Shown here: positions 1-9,868 of the stretch, piece after piece
Position numbering within the stretch: position 1 is the stretch's first letter
How the letters are laid out: each line of letters starts with the position of its first letter
Assembly: GCA_022009775.1 (NCBI GenBank)
Contig: CP091723.1
Coordinates: forward strand, 69,345-133,344
Direction: 5' to 3'
Length of the DNA stretch: 64,000 nucleotides
Source of the DNA: Christensenella sp.
GTDB lineage: Bacteria; Bacillota; Clostridia; Christensenellales; CAG-917
Made by a program: the position numbers and the translations under genes
Notes under the pieces: generated by a model
What the model was told of the DNA's origin: nothing
The model's database searches: none
What the model saw: the letters and a program-made list of their open reading frames with translations, nothing else

Positions 1-336
1 GACTTCTTTCTCTTCCGTCTTCGTTTGGGCGGGAGCCGCTTTCGTTTCCTTTTCGGTTGCGACTTCGACTTTCGCTTCAACCTTTTCTACGGGCTTTGCG
101 ACTTCTTCCGACTTCACTTCTACGGTTTTAGTCTCTTCCGCTTTCTGCTCGGCTTTGAGTTTTTCTTCCTTTGCTTTTGCCACAAGTGCGTCGCGTTTTG
201 CTTTTATGGACGCCATAATGACGCTTGCTCTCGATTTTTCGCGAGAGATAGCGGTAGAAAGTTCCGCAATAGCGGATTTGTACTCACCGAGTTTTTTCAC
301 GGGATCAACTGTTGTTTCTTTTTTGATTTCGGGCAT
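1..336 (-). CDS. infB: translation initiation factor IF-2, N-terminal part (runs off window start)
   Basis: ATG at 336-334 preceded by a GAGGTG SD. The frame stays open to the window edge. The N-terminus is Lys/Glu/Ala-rich, and the gene follows nusA-ylxR-ylxQ as in the Firmicute nusA-infB operon. Confidence 0.75.
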   Translation of the reverse strand, partial: MPEIKKETTVDPVKKLGEYKSAIAELSTAISREKSRASVIMASIKAKRDALVAKAKEEKLKAEQKAEETKTVEVKSEEVAKPVEKVEAKVEVATEKETKAAPAQTKTEEKEV

Positions 337-338
337 AT

Positions 339-617
339 TCACCTCAATAAACTGATAATTGCGTTTGCCAAGCCGTCGTTTGACACTGCAACGGCGTTCA
401 CACCGTCGCGGTGCAATGCCTGGCAAAGACCGTCAACGACGAACACGGGACGGTCGGACAACTTCGCCAATATCCTTTCCTTATACTTATCGCTCGCTTC
501 GCTCGATACGAGAACGACTTTCGCCTGCTTTTTCTTTTCGCATATAATTTCTTCGCCGTAAAGCACGCAACCTGCGCGTTGTGCAAGTCCTATATACGAT
601 TTGATTTTGTCAGTCAT
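339..617 (-). CDS. ylxQ: L7Ae-family ribosome-associated protein YlxQ
   Basis: Internal Met (MTDKIKSYIGLAQRAGC...) of ORF 339..713 with a GGAGA SD. Family-like sequence and synteny between ylxR and infB. Confidence 0.75.
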   Translation of the reverse strand: MTDKIKSYIGLAQRAGCVLYGEEIICEKKKQAKVVLVSSEASDKYKERILAKLSDRPVFVVDGLCQALHRDGVNAVAVSNDGLANAIISLLR

Positions 618-858
618 CGATTTCTCCGTATATCTCGTCTCCGACGTTCTGTCTGAATGCGGAATTGAGCATTTTTTTCTTGATAAGTTTTGCTTTGCAC
701 TCGCCGCTTTCATGCACCCAAACGCCCCTGCCTTCCGCTTTTTTCGAGCGGTCGACGCAAACTTTTCCGTCCTTGTCCATAAAAAAACGTATCATTTCGG
801 ATTTGTCGGCGTGTTCGTGACACACAATGCACCTGCGAGTGTTTTTCGGATTTGACAT
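610..858 (-). CDS. ylxR: YlxR/RnpM (DUF448) RNA-binding protein
   Basis: ORF track 610..858. RRCIVC...GRGVWV motifs typical of DUF448. Lies immediately downstream of nusA. Confidence 0.8.
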   Translation of the reverse strand: MSNPKNTRRCIVCHEHADKSEMIRFFMDKDGKVCVDRSKKAEGRGVWVHESGECKAKLIKKKMLNSAFRQNVGDEIYGEIDD

Positions 859-859
859 A

Positions 860-1930
860 TTAGTCTTCCTTTTGCTCCTCTGCGTCTTGATTGAGCGTGG
901 AATAAGGTTTGACGTCTATCTTCCAGCCCGTAAGTTTTGCGGCAAGACGAGCGTTTTGTCCGCTTCTGCCGATTGCAAGAGAGAGTTTCTCGTCCGGGAC
1001 GATAACTTTTGCGTTCTTCTCTTCTTCGTTGATGGAGACCATAAGCACTTGTGCCGGGCTGAGTGCGCGTGCGATATATTCGATGGGGTCTTCACAATAT
1101 TCGATGACGTCGATTTTTTCGCCGCCGAGTTCCGCCACGACTGCGTTTACGCGGACGCCCTTGTTGCCGATGCAGCTACCCACTGCGTCAACGTTGGGAT
1201 CTTCGCTGCTGACTGCAAGTTTGGTTCTGAATCCCGCTTCGCGAACGATGCTGTTGATCTTCACAAGACCTGCCTTGATTTCGGGAACTTCCATTTCAAA
1301 GAGTCTGCGAACAAAACCCGCCGAACTTCTTGACACGATAACTTGTGCTCCATGCGCGCCGTCACGAATCTTCTTTACGTACACTTTAATCACGTCGTTG
1401 ACATTGTACGTCTCGGTGGGCACTTGGTCTTGTTGCATCATCACGCCTTCCATTTGCGTGCCGGTGATTTCGACATAGACGGTGTTGCCTTCCTTGCGGC
1501 GAACGATTGCGCTGAGAATTTCACCCGTGCGTTGGCTCATTTCGTCCAAAACGAGATTCTTCTTGTAGTCGTTGATGCGTTGCAAAATGACTTGTTTTGC
1601 GGTTTGAGCGGCGATACGAGAGAAATCCTTGGGCGTGATATCTTCGATTACGACGTCGCCGAGATTGTATTTCTTGTCGATGTCGCGAGCGTCTTCGAGA
1701 GAGATTTGCGATTCTTCGTCTTCCACTTCTTCAACGACGAGTTTGTGTGCGTACACTTTGTACGTCATCTTCTCTTCGTTAAGGCGAACGGAAATCTGGC
1801 TCGCAAAACCGTATTCTTTCTTGTAAGCGGACACGAGACCCGCTTCGATGGATTCAATCATCGATTCTTTGGGAATACGTTGTTCTCTTTCAAGGTCGTC
1901 AAGTGCCTGAAAGAACTCTTTGTTCATCAT
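860..1930 (-). CDS. nusA: transcription termination/antitermination factor NusA
   Basis: 356-aa ORF. N-terminal domain, S1 and KH motifs (...GNKGVRVNAVVAELGGEKIDV...). Confidence 0.95.
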   Translation of the reverse strand: MMNKEFFQALDDLEREQRIPKESMIESIEAGLVSAYKKEYGFASQISVRLNEEKMTYKVYAHKLVVEEVEDEESQISLEDARDIDKKYNLGDVVIEDITPKDFSRIAAQTAKQVILQRINDYKKNLVLDEMSQRTGEILSAIVRRKEGNTVYVEITGTQMEGVMMQQDQVPTETYNVNDVIKVYVKKIRDGAHGAQVIVSRSSAGFVRRLFEMEVPEIKAGLVKINSIVREAGFRTKLAVSSEDPNVDAVGSCIGNKGVRVNAVVAELGGEKIDVIEYCEDPIEYIARALSPAQVLMVSINEEEKNAKVIVPDEKLSLAIGRSGQNARLAAKLTGWKIDVKPYSTLNQDAEEQKED

Positions 1931-1942
1931 GGTAGTTTCCTC

Positions 1943-2422
1943 CTAAAACCTTACGTACGGTTGTACTTTGGTCAATAAATTTCTTTTGAGTGTTATATCC
2001 TTCGGCTTTTTGCCGTCCGTTCTGACAACCACGTTTTCGTTGTCAAAACTTATAAGCACGCCGTGGGTTTTGTTTTTCTGGGCGTCGATACATTCGATTT
2101 CTGTGTCAAGTGCCCTGCGATAGTCGTCGTCTGTCACGATTTTTCTGTCAAGTCCGGACGATGAAACGTTGAGCACGTAATCGTCCGCAAAATCGTCTTC
2201 GAGCGCGTCAAGCGACGCCGAAAACAAATTATGCACTTTTACGCAATCGTCAAGGCATATACCTTCCTTCTTCCACAAATATGCCTCAACGGTGAGTTTT
2301 CCGTATTGCTTGTAGAAGGACACGTCCACAAGCTCGATGCCGTCGCCTGCACTTTCGACGGCAGCCAACGCAAGATTCTTCACTTTTTCGGCAAGCTCTG
2401 CCGACACGAGTTCGTTTGCCAT
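1943..2422 (-). CDS. rimP: ribosome maturation factor RimP
   Basis: 159-aa ORF directly upstream of nusA, with RimP-like sequence (…VSSSGLDRKI…). Confidence 0.9.
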   Translation of the reverse strand: MANELVSAELAEKVKNLALAAVESAGDGIELVDVSFYKQYGKLTVEAYLWKKEGICLDDCVKVHNLFSASLDALEDDFADDYVLNVSSSGLDRKIVTDDDYRRALDTEIECIDAQKNKTHGVLISFDNENVVVRTDGKKPKDITLKRNLLTKVQPYVRF

Positions 2423-2442
2423 ACGCGCTCCTTTGCCTTATC

Positions 2443-2472
2443 TAAAACAAAGAGTGAGCCATCGCTCACTCT
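2443..2472 (-). terminator. intrinsic terminator between exonuclease gene and rimP
   Basis: Stem AGAGTGAGC/GCTCACTCT (2451-2459 x 2464-2472) with a T-rich tail on the minus strand. Confidence 0.45.
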
Positions 2473-2651
2473 AGTAAATCTTACTATCGTATTTATACCT
2501 TACCACATTTTTTCGCCGATTGCAAGCAAAATAGTAAATTATTTATAAACATATAGCTTATTTATAACTTATAAAGCCACATTTTCGGTTTCGGATGTCG
2601 ATTGTTGTCGATTTTCATCGGCAATCGACAACGCATAGCGGTAAGAAGTTG

Positions 2652-3210
2652 CTACATTCTTGACACAATCACTTTCAATGCGCCGAACGTGGCAAGCACA
2701 TCGCTCAAAGCGCGGTGCGCGTTGTCGTGCGTGATGTCAAAAGCTTTGGAGATTGTTTCCAGCTTGCAGTTTGGCAATTCGGTCAGATAGCGGCGCGCAA
2801 GAAGGAGCGTGTCGCAAAGCTCGTTGTCAAAGACGTAGCCCTGCTTTTCGGCTATGCGAGCGACAATCGGAAAATCAAAGCCGGCGATGTTGTGTCCGCA
2901 AAGTATACTTCCGTGCGCAAACTTGAAAAAGTCGGGCATCACGTTCTCTATGCTCGGCGCGTCAAGCACCATTGCGTTGTTGATGTGCGTGATCTCGGTG
3001 ATTCTTTCGGGTATGCTTGCGGTTGGCTTGACAAGCGTAGAAAAAAGTTTCCGTAGGCACTCCGTCCACCACTTTGAGTGCGGAAAGCTCGATGATTTCG
3101 GCAAGGTCCGTCTTCACATCGGTGGTTTCAAGGTCAAACACAACAAAGGTTTTGCCCTTGAAGTATGGCGAGATTTCTTCCACTTTTCCAATATCTAAAA
3201 GGCTCTTCAC
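2652..3210 (-). pseudogene. DEDDh 3'-5' exonuclease (PolC/DnaQ exonuclease-domain-like), frameshifted
   Basis: ORFs 2962..3210 and 2652..3104 together give FVVFDLETTD...HNIAGFDFPI...HRALSD motifs. The frames join if the A6 run at 3041-3046 is A5. Confidence 0.8.
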
Positions 3211-3217
3211 CGTATTG

Positions 3218-4240
3218 TCAACGTATTTTTGCGGGAAAATCGTCGTGTATTTTTTCGGGAACGGGCTTGACGGAAGTCAAATGTATACTGTCAAAATCGA
3301 TGTCCGCTTCAAACATGGCGTTAATCATAAAAGACCATGCTCCCGAAAACTGCGACCAACTCACCTTGCCCATACAAATCACTTGCGATTGGTCTTTCAG
3401 AGACGCGATTTTGTCGGCGGTTTCATCGTTCGAGCAAAAACATACGCCTTCAATTTTACCTGTCGTGTCGTCAAGCATGAACTTAACGAACGGCAACGTT
3501 TCGCTTCCCGTTTTCGGGTCGTCGGGCTTGTATTTCTTGTTTTTATAGGATTTTTTCTCTATTCCGAAGATTTTTCCGCACAAAACGATGTTGTCGCACG
3601 CCGACTTAACGTCGATTATGTAATTCGGCAGTTGTGTAATGCTCTCCATTTTTCCGCGCGAATAGACTTTCTCTCCAACTCTTGCATTGACAAGTCGCAC
3701 CGAACTGTCGTGATGAACGGTGGTGTCGATATGCAAATCTTCATCTTTAAGATTTTTCAAGTCAACGATTTCTTCTTCTGCAACTATGTCTATGTACTGA
3801 TTGAACGAGCAATCGAGAAAATCACGCAATTTATCCAACGTATCGCCTGCGATAAGCATTTTGTACGTCGGTGTATCGAAAGTAAACTTCACGTCTATGT
3901 CGTTGTCTCCGACTTCGATATTCAACGTATCGTCGTTGATGCGGCGAAAAATGAGTTGATTGTATCTGTTGAAAAATTCAAGAATCTTGTTCTTGACGAC
4001 GTTGTTGTCTGCGTATGTGCGGATATACTGCACGCTCACTTTGACACCCGAGAACATTTCTTCAACTATGCCTTGCACCTTCTTTTTACTCTCTTCGTCA
4101 AAATCTCTCACTTCAAACGCCGATATTATAAAGCGCACGACGAGTTCGCGCTTATCTTTATAATAAGTCGCGCTGTTGAGTTTCAACATTGGAAACTCGC
4201 CTTTGCTTTTCAACGTAAATTCTTCAAAAAATTTGGTCAT
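3218..4240 (-). CDS. PolC N-terminal/OB-fold-like protein (no PHP or polymerase domains)
   Basis: 340-aa ORF. The C-terminal third aligns by eye with the PolC OB region (I..L....I.L.GKIFGIE....F.L.D.TG.I....F). It occupies the syntenic polC position upstream of rimP. Confidence 0.5.
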   Translation of the reverse strand: MTKFFEEFTLKSKGEFPMLKLNSATYYKDKRELVVRFIISAFEVRDFDEESKKKVQGIVEEMFSGVKVSVQYIRTYADNNVVKNKILEFFNRYNQLIFRRINDDTLNIEVGDNDIDVKFTFDTPTYKMLIAGDTLDKLRDFLDCSFNQYIDIVAEEEIVDLKNLKDEDLHIDTTVHHDSSVRLVNARVGEKVYSRGKMESITQLPNYIIDVKSACDNIVLCGKIFGIEKKSYKNKKYKPDDPKTGSETLPFVKFMLDDTTGKIEGVCFCSNDETADKIASLKDQSQVICMGKVSWSQFSGAWSFMINAMFEADIDFDSIHLTSVKPVPEKIHDDFPAKIR

Positions 4241-4294
4241 ATCTTGCCTTTATTATTATATATCAAATGATATATAACGCATTTTATCCACTGT

Positions 4295-5362
4295 TTAGTC
4301 GCTTATTGCTTCGTTTAGCAATTTTTCAAACTCGACGAGCAAATCTTTGCTGTCAACTGTTTTGAATATCTTTCCGCCTTTCAAAATAACCGATTTTTCT
4401 TTTCCGCCGGCAATACCCAAATCGCTGTTTTCACCTTCGCCGATACCGTTCAGCGGACAACCGAGCACGGATATCGTCAGCGGTTTATTCACGCCGGCCG
4501 TGAGCATCTCAACTCTGTTTGCAAGCCCTTCAACGTCGATTTCAGTACGTGCGCAAGTGGGACAAGCCACCACTTCGACGGCGTTTTTGCGTATTCCGAG
4601 AGTTTGCAAAATCTTGCGGCCTGCAAGCACTTCTTCTTTGACGTCTGTCGAAAGCGAAACTCGTATGGTGTCCCCTATGCCTTCCTGCAAAAGCGTTCCT
4701 ATGCCTATTGCCGATTTAATAAGCCCGGTGCGCAACGTCCCTGCTTCCGTAACGCCGATATGAAGCGGATAATCACACTCTTTTGCAAGCATACGATTTG
4801 CTTCGACGTTCACGAGCGTATTCGAAGCCTTTATTGCAACGACTATATCTTTCATGCCCTGACTTTCAAAGACGTCGGCACATTCGAGCGCACTTTCGCA
4901 CAACGCGCGCGCCTCGTCCATACCTTTGAATTTGGGATCGAGCGAGCCGCCGTTTACGCCCACGCGCACAGGCACTCGCATATCGACAAGCCGTTTTGCA
5001 AGGTCTTTTATCTCTGAAAAATCACGCATATTGCCGGGATTCATACGAATTTTCTTCGCTCCGTTGTCAAGCGCGAGATGTGCGAGTTTATAACTGTAAT
5101 GTATATCTGCAATCAGCGGCAAACCGCATCTTTTCGAGATTTCTCCGAATGCGTACGCCGACGCTTCGTCGGGCACTGCCAGACGAATTAGGTCGCAACC
5201 GACCTTTCTCAAATCTTTGATTTGTTTGAGCGAGCCTTCGACGTCGACTGTCTTAGTGTTCAGCATCGACTGCACCGTTATGGGTGCGTCTCCGCCGATT
5301 GCCACGTCTCCAACGAAAACTTTGCGAGTGTTTCTTCTTTTCATAGTCGTATTTTGCGACAA
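4295..5362 (-). CDS. ispG: 4-hydroxy-3-methylbut-2-en-1-yl diphosphate synthase
   Basis: 355-aa ORF with GcpE-type sequence (ITVQSM..., C-terminal CPTCART / GCPLNG Fe-S motifs). Confidence 0.95.
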   Translation of the reverse strand: MSQNTTMKRRNTRKVFVGDVAIGGDAPITVQSMLNTKTVDVEGSLKQIKDLRKVGCDLIRLAVPDEASAYAFGEISKRCGLPLIADIHYSYKLAHLALDNGAKKIRMNPGNMRDFSEIKDLAKRLVDMRVPVRVGVNGGSLDPKFKGMDEARALCESALECADVFESQGMKDIVVAIKASNTLVNVEANRMLAKECDYPLHIGVTEAGTLRTGLIKSAIGIGTLLQEGIGDTIRVSLSTDVKEEVLAGRKILQTLGIRKNAVEVVACPTCARTEIDVEGLANRVEMLTAGVNKPLTISVLGCPLNGIGEGENSDLGIAGGKEKSVILKGGKIFKTVDSKDLLVEFEKLLNEAISD

Positions 5363-5495
5363 TGCGGCAAGTCTTTGTCGTCCGCAATTATCGTTTATAT
5401 TGTGATTGTCTATTGTTATTTGTATTTATATTGTTTGTTGTGATTATCAATTGATTATTGCAATTGTCGATTTGTTTTGTGGCATATTGCAAAAT

Positions 5496-6806
5496 CTATC
5501 GCTTGACCAAGTGGAAAACGTCAAGGAATACCGCAAGTACGATCAACAACACGAGTCCTACCGTGTGTATGATCGCTTCGATCTTTCTCGGGACAGGCTT
5601 TTTGAATATCCATTCAATCAGCGTAAACAACATTCTGCTTCCGTCAAGCGCCGGGAACGGCAATAGGTTCATAACCGCCAAGTTTGCGGAAATTATCGCA
5701 ACGACGTATAGGAAGGAATCGAAACCGAGCGCGGACACCTTTGCCATGGTGATGATTGTAGTTATTGTGCCGCCTGCTCCTTCGATGCCCATTTTGCCCG
5801 TGATCAATGCGCCGAGCGACGCCAAGATCTTGAACACGATGAAGAAACAGAAACTCCATGCTCTGCCGAAAGCAAGGAAAAACGGAAGTTTCGCTCTTGC
5901 AATCGTGCGAGTTATGCCGAAGCCGTAACTGTAAAAACCGTCGGCGTCTTCGGGATTTGCGCCTTTTTGCACTTTCATCGTGCTTTGCTCGCATATATTG
6001 CCGTTTTCGTCGTATCTGACAACGGTAAACAAAATCGCGTCGGCAGAATCGCAAGTCGCGAGATATTCTTCGTACGGAACGGGCGTTTCGAGTTTATCGC
6101 CGTTCACAGCGTAAATGAAATCACCGTTCTCAAACGGATTGTAATAAAACTTGCTTGCGTTTATTTTTATACGCTTTCCGTCTCTCAATACGTAAAACCG
6201 TGCATTGTCTCCGACGTTGCTGAACGCCTTGTCAAGATCTTCCGTCGTCATGAGATTGATTTGCTTTCCGTTGACGGACAAAATCGCGTCGCCTTCCATA
6301 AACACGTTTTCGTATGACGGAACGTCGTAAGTTCCGACAACGTAAGGAAGAGGCTGTCCGTATGCGGTGAAATAAATCGTAATGATCAAAATCGCACTCA
6401 AAAAGTTCATGAATGCGCCCGAAAACAGCACTATAAGGCGTTTCCACGGCTTTTGATTGTTGAAAGCGTCGGGATCTTTGACGATATTGCCGTTTGCGTC
6501 CTTTATCTGATTTCCGTCTTCGTCAAGGAGCGCACCGTCGGCGTCTTCACCGTGGAACGCACAAAATCCACCGATGGGAAACGGACGGATTGAAAACAAT
6601 TCTCCAGTCTTTTTGTTTTTCTTCTTGAAAATCTTCGGGCCGAAACCTATTGCGAATTCGTCGATTTTGAACCCGAGCAACTTGCCTGCCGTATAGTGAC
6701 CGAGTTCGTGAACGACTATCATCACCATAAGCGCAAGCAACGCAAGAAGAACGTAACCTATATAGGCGAAAACTTCGCCGACCGTTGCGGACAATATACT
6801 CAACAT
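5496..6806 (-). CDS. rseP: RIP metalloprotease RseP/RasP (site-2 protease, M50)
   Basis: HELGHY zinc motif, PDZ-like middle region, multi-TM. Synteny dxr-rseP. Confidence 0.9.
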   Translation of the reverse strand: MLSILSATVGEVFAYIGYVLLALLALMVMIVVHELGHYTAGKLLGFKIDEFAIGFGPKIFKKKNKKTGELFSIRPFPIGGFCAFHGEDADGALLDEDGNQIKDANGNIVKDPDAFNNQKPWKRLIVLFSGAFMNFLSAILIITIYFTAYGQPLPYVVGTYDVPSYENVFMEGDAILSVNGKQINLMTTEDLDKAFSNVGDNARFYVLRDGKRIKINASKFYYNPFENGDFIYAVNGDKLETPVPYEEYLATCDSADAILFTVVRYDENGNICEQSTMKVQKGANPEDADGFYSYGFGITRTIARAKLPFFLAFGRAWSFCFFIVFKILASLGALITGKMGIEGAGGTITTIITMAKVSALGFDSFLYVVAIISANLAVMNLLPFPALDGSRMLFTLIEWIFKKPVPRKIEAIIHTVGLVLLIVLAVFLDVFHLVKR

Positions 6807-7954
6807 CTTATACCTATCACAGAATAAGTGTATTTTCTGGCTTGCTCGTCTATGCCAAGAATATCTTCGAGCGCGACTTCACCCACTTTCTTGAACTTCG
6901 CATAAACTTTTGCAAGAGTGTTTGCAATATCGTTGTATTTGATTTTGCCTTTCAAGAACTCTTCTACGAGCACTTCGTCGCTTGCCGAAATCGCTATACA
7001 TGCTCCTTCGCCGGCATTTGCGGCGGCGATTGCGATTTTAAGGCACGGATATCTCTCAAAATCGGGTTCGGAAAACGTGAGCGAGCCGAGTTTTGCAAGC
7101 TCAAGCGGTTCAACCGAGAAAAGCGCGTGGTCGGGATAGAACAACGCCGTGTCGATCGAAAGGCGCATATCGGGAGTGGACAAAAGCGCCTTCATTCCGC
7201 CGTCGGTAAACTCTACGAGAGAATGTATCACGCTTTGACGGTGCATCACGACTTTTACGTCTTTTGCGCCGACTTCAAACAATCTCATCGCTTCGATGAC
7301 TTCAAGCCCTTTGTTGAAAAGCGTTGCGGAGTCGATAGTGACTTTCTTGCCCATACTCCACACGGGATGTTTCAAACAATCTTCCGCTTTGACTTTCGCA
7401 AGTGCGCTTGACGGTAAATCGCGAAGCGCGCCGCCGCTTGCCGTCAAAACGAGATTTTTCACGAACTTCTTGTTTTCGCCGCGCAAGCAAGTGAAAATCG
7501 CGGAATGTTCCGTATCGAGCGGAAGAATTTTTCCGCCGTATTTTTTTTCAAGCGCTTTAAGGTGTCTTCCTGCGCAAACGATGGTTTCTTTGTTAGCTAT
7601 TGCAAGCGTACCGCCACGTTTAAGCGTTGCGACAGCCGCCCAAAGTCCTGCAATGCCCGTCACCGCCAAAACGACGATATCCGACGGAATTGCCGCAAGT
7701 TCTTCGAGCGAAGTCAAACATTTCGACGTTTTTTCGTCTTCGAGAAAGTCAAAAAGCGAACTTTGCACTTCAACCGCACCGCTCGGAAAATAGTAATGCG
7801 TCGGATTGAATTTTTCAATCTGTTCTCTCAAAAGCGCTTCGTTGGTATAAGCGGAAAGCCCGACAACCTTAAAGGCGTCGGGATGTTGAGAAATAGTAGC
7901 AAGCACCTGTCTTCCGACAGAGCCTGTGCTGCCAAGTATCGTAACTGTTTTCAT
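6800..7954 (-). CDS. dxr: 1-deoxy-D-xylulose 5-phosphate reductoisomerase
   Basis: GSTGSVG NADPH motif. 384-aa full-length match to the Dxr family. Confidence 0.95.
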   Translation of the reverse strand: MKTVTILGSTGSVGRQVLATISQHPDAFKVVGLSAYTNEALLREQIEKFNPTHYYFPSGAVEVQSSLFDFLEDEKTSKCLTSLEELAAIPSDIVVLAVTGIAGLWAAVATLKRGGTLAIANKETIVCAGRHLKALEKKYGGKILPLDTEHSAIFTCLRGENKKFVKNLVLTASGGALRDLPSSALAKVKAEDCLKHPVWSMGKKVTIDSATLFNKGLEVIEAMRLFEVGAKDVKVVMHRQSVIHSLVEFTDGGMKALLSTPDMRLSIDTALFYPDHALFSVEPLELAKLGSLTFSEPDFERYPCLKIAIAAANAGEGACIAISASDEVLVEEFLKGKIKYNDIANTLAKVYAKFKKVGEVALEDILGIDEQARKYTYSVIGIRC

Positions 7955-8103
7955 CGTATCCTTATAGGCTTGCGCGCCGCATAGGCAGAGATTTCAAGTC
8001 TTTTGCAAGCCCATATATTCTTATGTTAAGCGGTCAACATTAAACTCGTATGAAACAAGAGTTTTTCAAAATGCCGCACGGGCAATGACCGCATATTTTC
8101 AAA

Positions 8104-9096
8104 TTAATATCCGTAGCAACACGAGAACGCTATGAGCAGAACGACGAGACAGTACATAACGCTGTCGATTCTGTCCATAAAACCGCCGTGCCCCGGGAAA
8201 ATCTTGCCGTAGTCCTTTATGCCGATTGCGCGCTTGATACGCGATGCCGCAAGGTCTCCAAGCTCGGATATAACTCCGCAAACAAGACCTATTGCAAGAT
8301 AGATGAGCGCGCTCTTCCACTCCCAACCTACAACCGTGTGCGGAATAAGGAAGGTATAATGCGCGCCTTCTATGAATGCGGGATAATAATTTGCGCACAT
8401 CTCGAACACAACCCAGAACAGCATTGACAACACCATGCCGCCAAACAAGCCGCCTATGCCGCCTGCCACCGTCTTTTTGGGGCTGATTTTCGGGCAAAGT
8501 TTCTTACCGCCGATCATAGAGCCGAACCAATACGCAAACGAGTCACTGCCGAGAACGGGCACGAGAATTGCGTACAAAATTGCAAAAAGTGCGCTGTATT
8601 TGTAGCTTATCACCCACGCAGATGCAAGGAACAGCATGGGATATACGAGAATAAACACGTTGGCAAACAAGTCTTTGACTTCGCATGCCTTGGGATCGTC
8701 AAGCGTAAGCTCGATGCCCGCCTCTTTTGCGTCGTCAACTTCTTTTTGCGTGTGTTTTGCGGGCTTGAACGTGAATATGGTGAGTGCCATCATGGAGCAT
8801 ACGAGCAACACGATCAGCAGACCTTGAACGCCTGCGCTTGTTTGCACGCTGCCTTGTCCGATGAAGTGTTGCATGAGATAGAACGTCGGATACGCCGCAA
8901 CCAACATCGTGACGACCGGTGCAACGAACATCTTGTATCCTGCGTCTTTGAAACACTTGAACATCTCGTACACCGAGCCTGCAAGGAAAAGCAAAATCAG
9001 CATATCGATGAATATCGGGCTGACGAAATAGCCTGCCAACATAAATCCCGCAACAATGACTAAAAGCACGATTGCAGTCAACGTTCTTTTTAGCAT
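8104..9096 (-). CDS. cdsA: phosphatidate cytidylyltransferase
   Basis: CTP-transferase signature ...SRIKRAIGIKDYGKIFPGHGGFMDRIDS. Start taken at the internal Met with a GGAG SD. Confidence 0.9.
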   Translation of the reverse strand: MLKRTLTAIVLLVIVAGFMLAGYFVSPIFIDMLILLFLAGSVYEMFKCFKDAGYKMFVAPVVTMLVAAYPTFYLMQHFIGQGSVQTSAGVQGLLIVLLVCSMMALTIFTFKPAKHTQKEVDDAKEAGIELTLDDPKACEVKDLFANVFILVYPMLFLASAWVISYKYSALFAILYAILVPVLGSDSFAYWFGSMIGGKKLCPKISPKKTVAGGIGGLFGGMVLSMLFWVVFEMCANYYPAFIEGAHYTFLIPHTVVGWEWKSALIYLAIGLVCGVISELGDLAASRIKRAIGIKDYGKIFPGHGGFMDRIDSVMYCLVVLLIAFSCCYGY

Positions 9097-9214
9097 AACG
9101 ACTCCGATTGTATATACAAAGTATATACAAAATTGTGATAGCACAGACAAAACGAATGGAATTTGTCTGCAAACCGTTTGCAAATTTTCTTATGCAAACG
9201 GGCAAAATCGGATT

Positions 9215-9868
9215 TTATTTTCCGAATTTTCTTTGACGTTTTTCAAACTCTTCGAGAATGAAATCAACGTCGCTCTCTTCCATATCCGGCCAAAGTTTTT
9301 CCAAAAACATAAGTTCCGCATAAGCGGACTCGTACAACATGAAATTTGAAAGGCGCATTTCACCGCCCGTTCTGACGACAAGGTCGAGCGGCGGCAAATT
9401 TGCGCTTGACAAATGCTTTTCAAACGTATCTTCCACAAATTCTCCGTGATCGTAGCAAATCTTCGCCGCATGGATAATATCAGCTCTGCCGCCGTAATTG
9501 AATGCGATGTTGAGCGCAATACCTTTGTTTTCACGCGTGTTTTCTTCGATTTGCTCGATAGAATCGGCAAGTTTGTCGTCAAGGGCTGCAATGTCGCCCA
9601 TATACGTAATACGCATATCTCCGTCGTACGTGAGATTGAATTTCTTCACAACGTCCGAGATTGCCTGCACTTCGTTTTCGGGGCGTTGCCAATTTTCCGT
9701 TGAAAAAGCGTAAACGGAAACAGCGTCCACACCGCATTCGCCGAGACATTTAAGGACTCTGTGCAAAGCAACGAGCCCGTACGCATAGCCTTCGGCGCGC
9801 GACATACCGTGAGCGGTTGCCCACCTGCCGTTTCCGTCCATAATAAAACCGATATGTTTAGGTTTCAT
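9215..9868 (-). CDS. uppS: undecaprenyl diphosphate synthase
   Basis: HIGFIMDGNGRWA motif. 217 aa. Confidence 0.95.
   Translation of the reverse strand: MKPKHIGFIMDGNGRWATAHGMSRAEGYAYGLVALHRVLKCLGECGVDAVSVYAFSTENWQRPENEVQAISDVVKKFNLTYDGDMRITYMGDIAALDDKLADSIEQIEENTRENKGIALNIAFNYGGRADIIHAAKICYDHGEFVEDTFEKHLSSANLPPLDLVVRTGGEMRLSNFMLYESAYAELMFLEKLWPDMEESDVDFILEEFEKRQRKFGK

Noticed and set aside
3074-4270. Long plus-strand ORFs antisense to conserved minus-strand genes. Examples: 3074..4270, 10447..11331, 12376..13308, 18154..19086, 55440..56420, 61168..62184.
   Set aside because: They are shadow ORFs. Their products are low-complexity and rich in F/C/R/H, with no family resemblance. The opposite strand encodes clearly recognisable conserved proteins across the same span.
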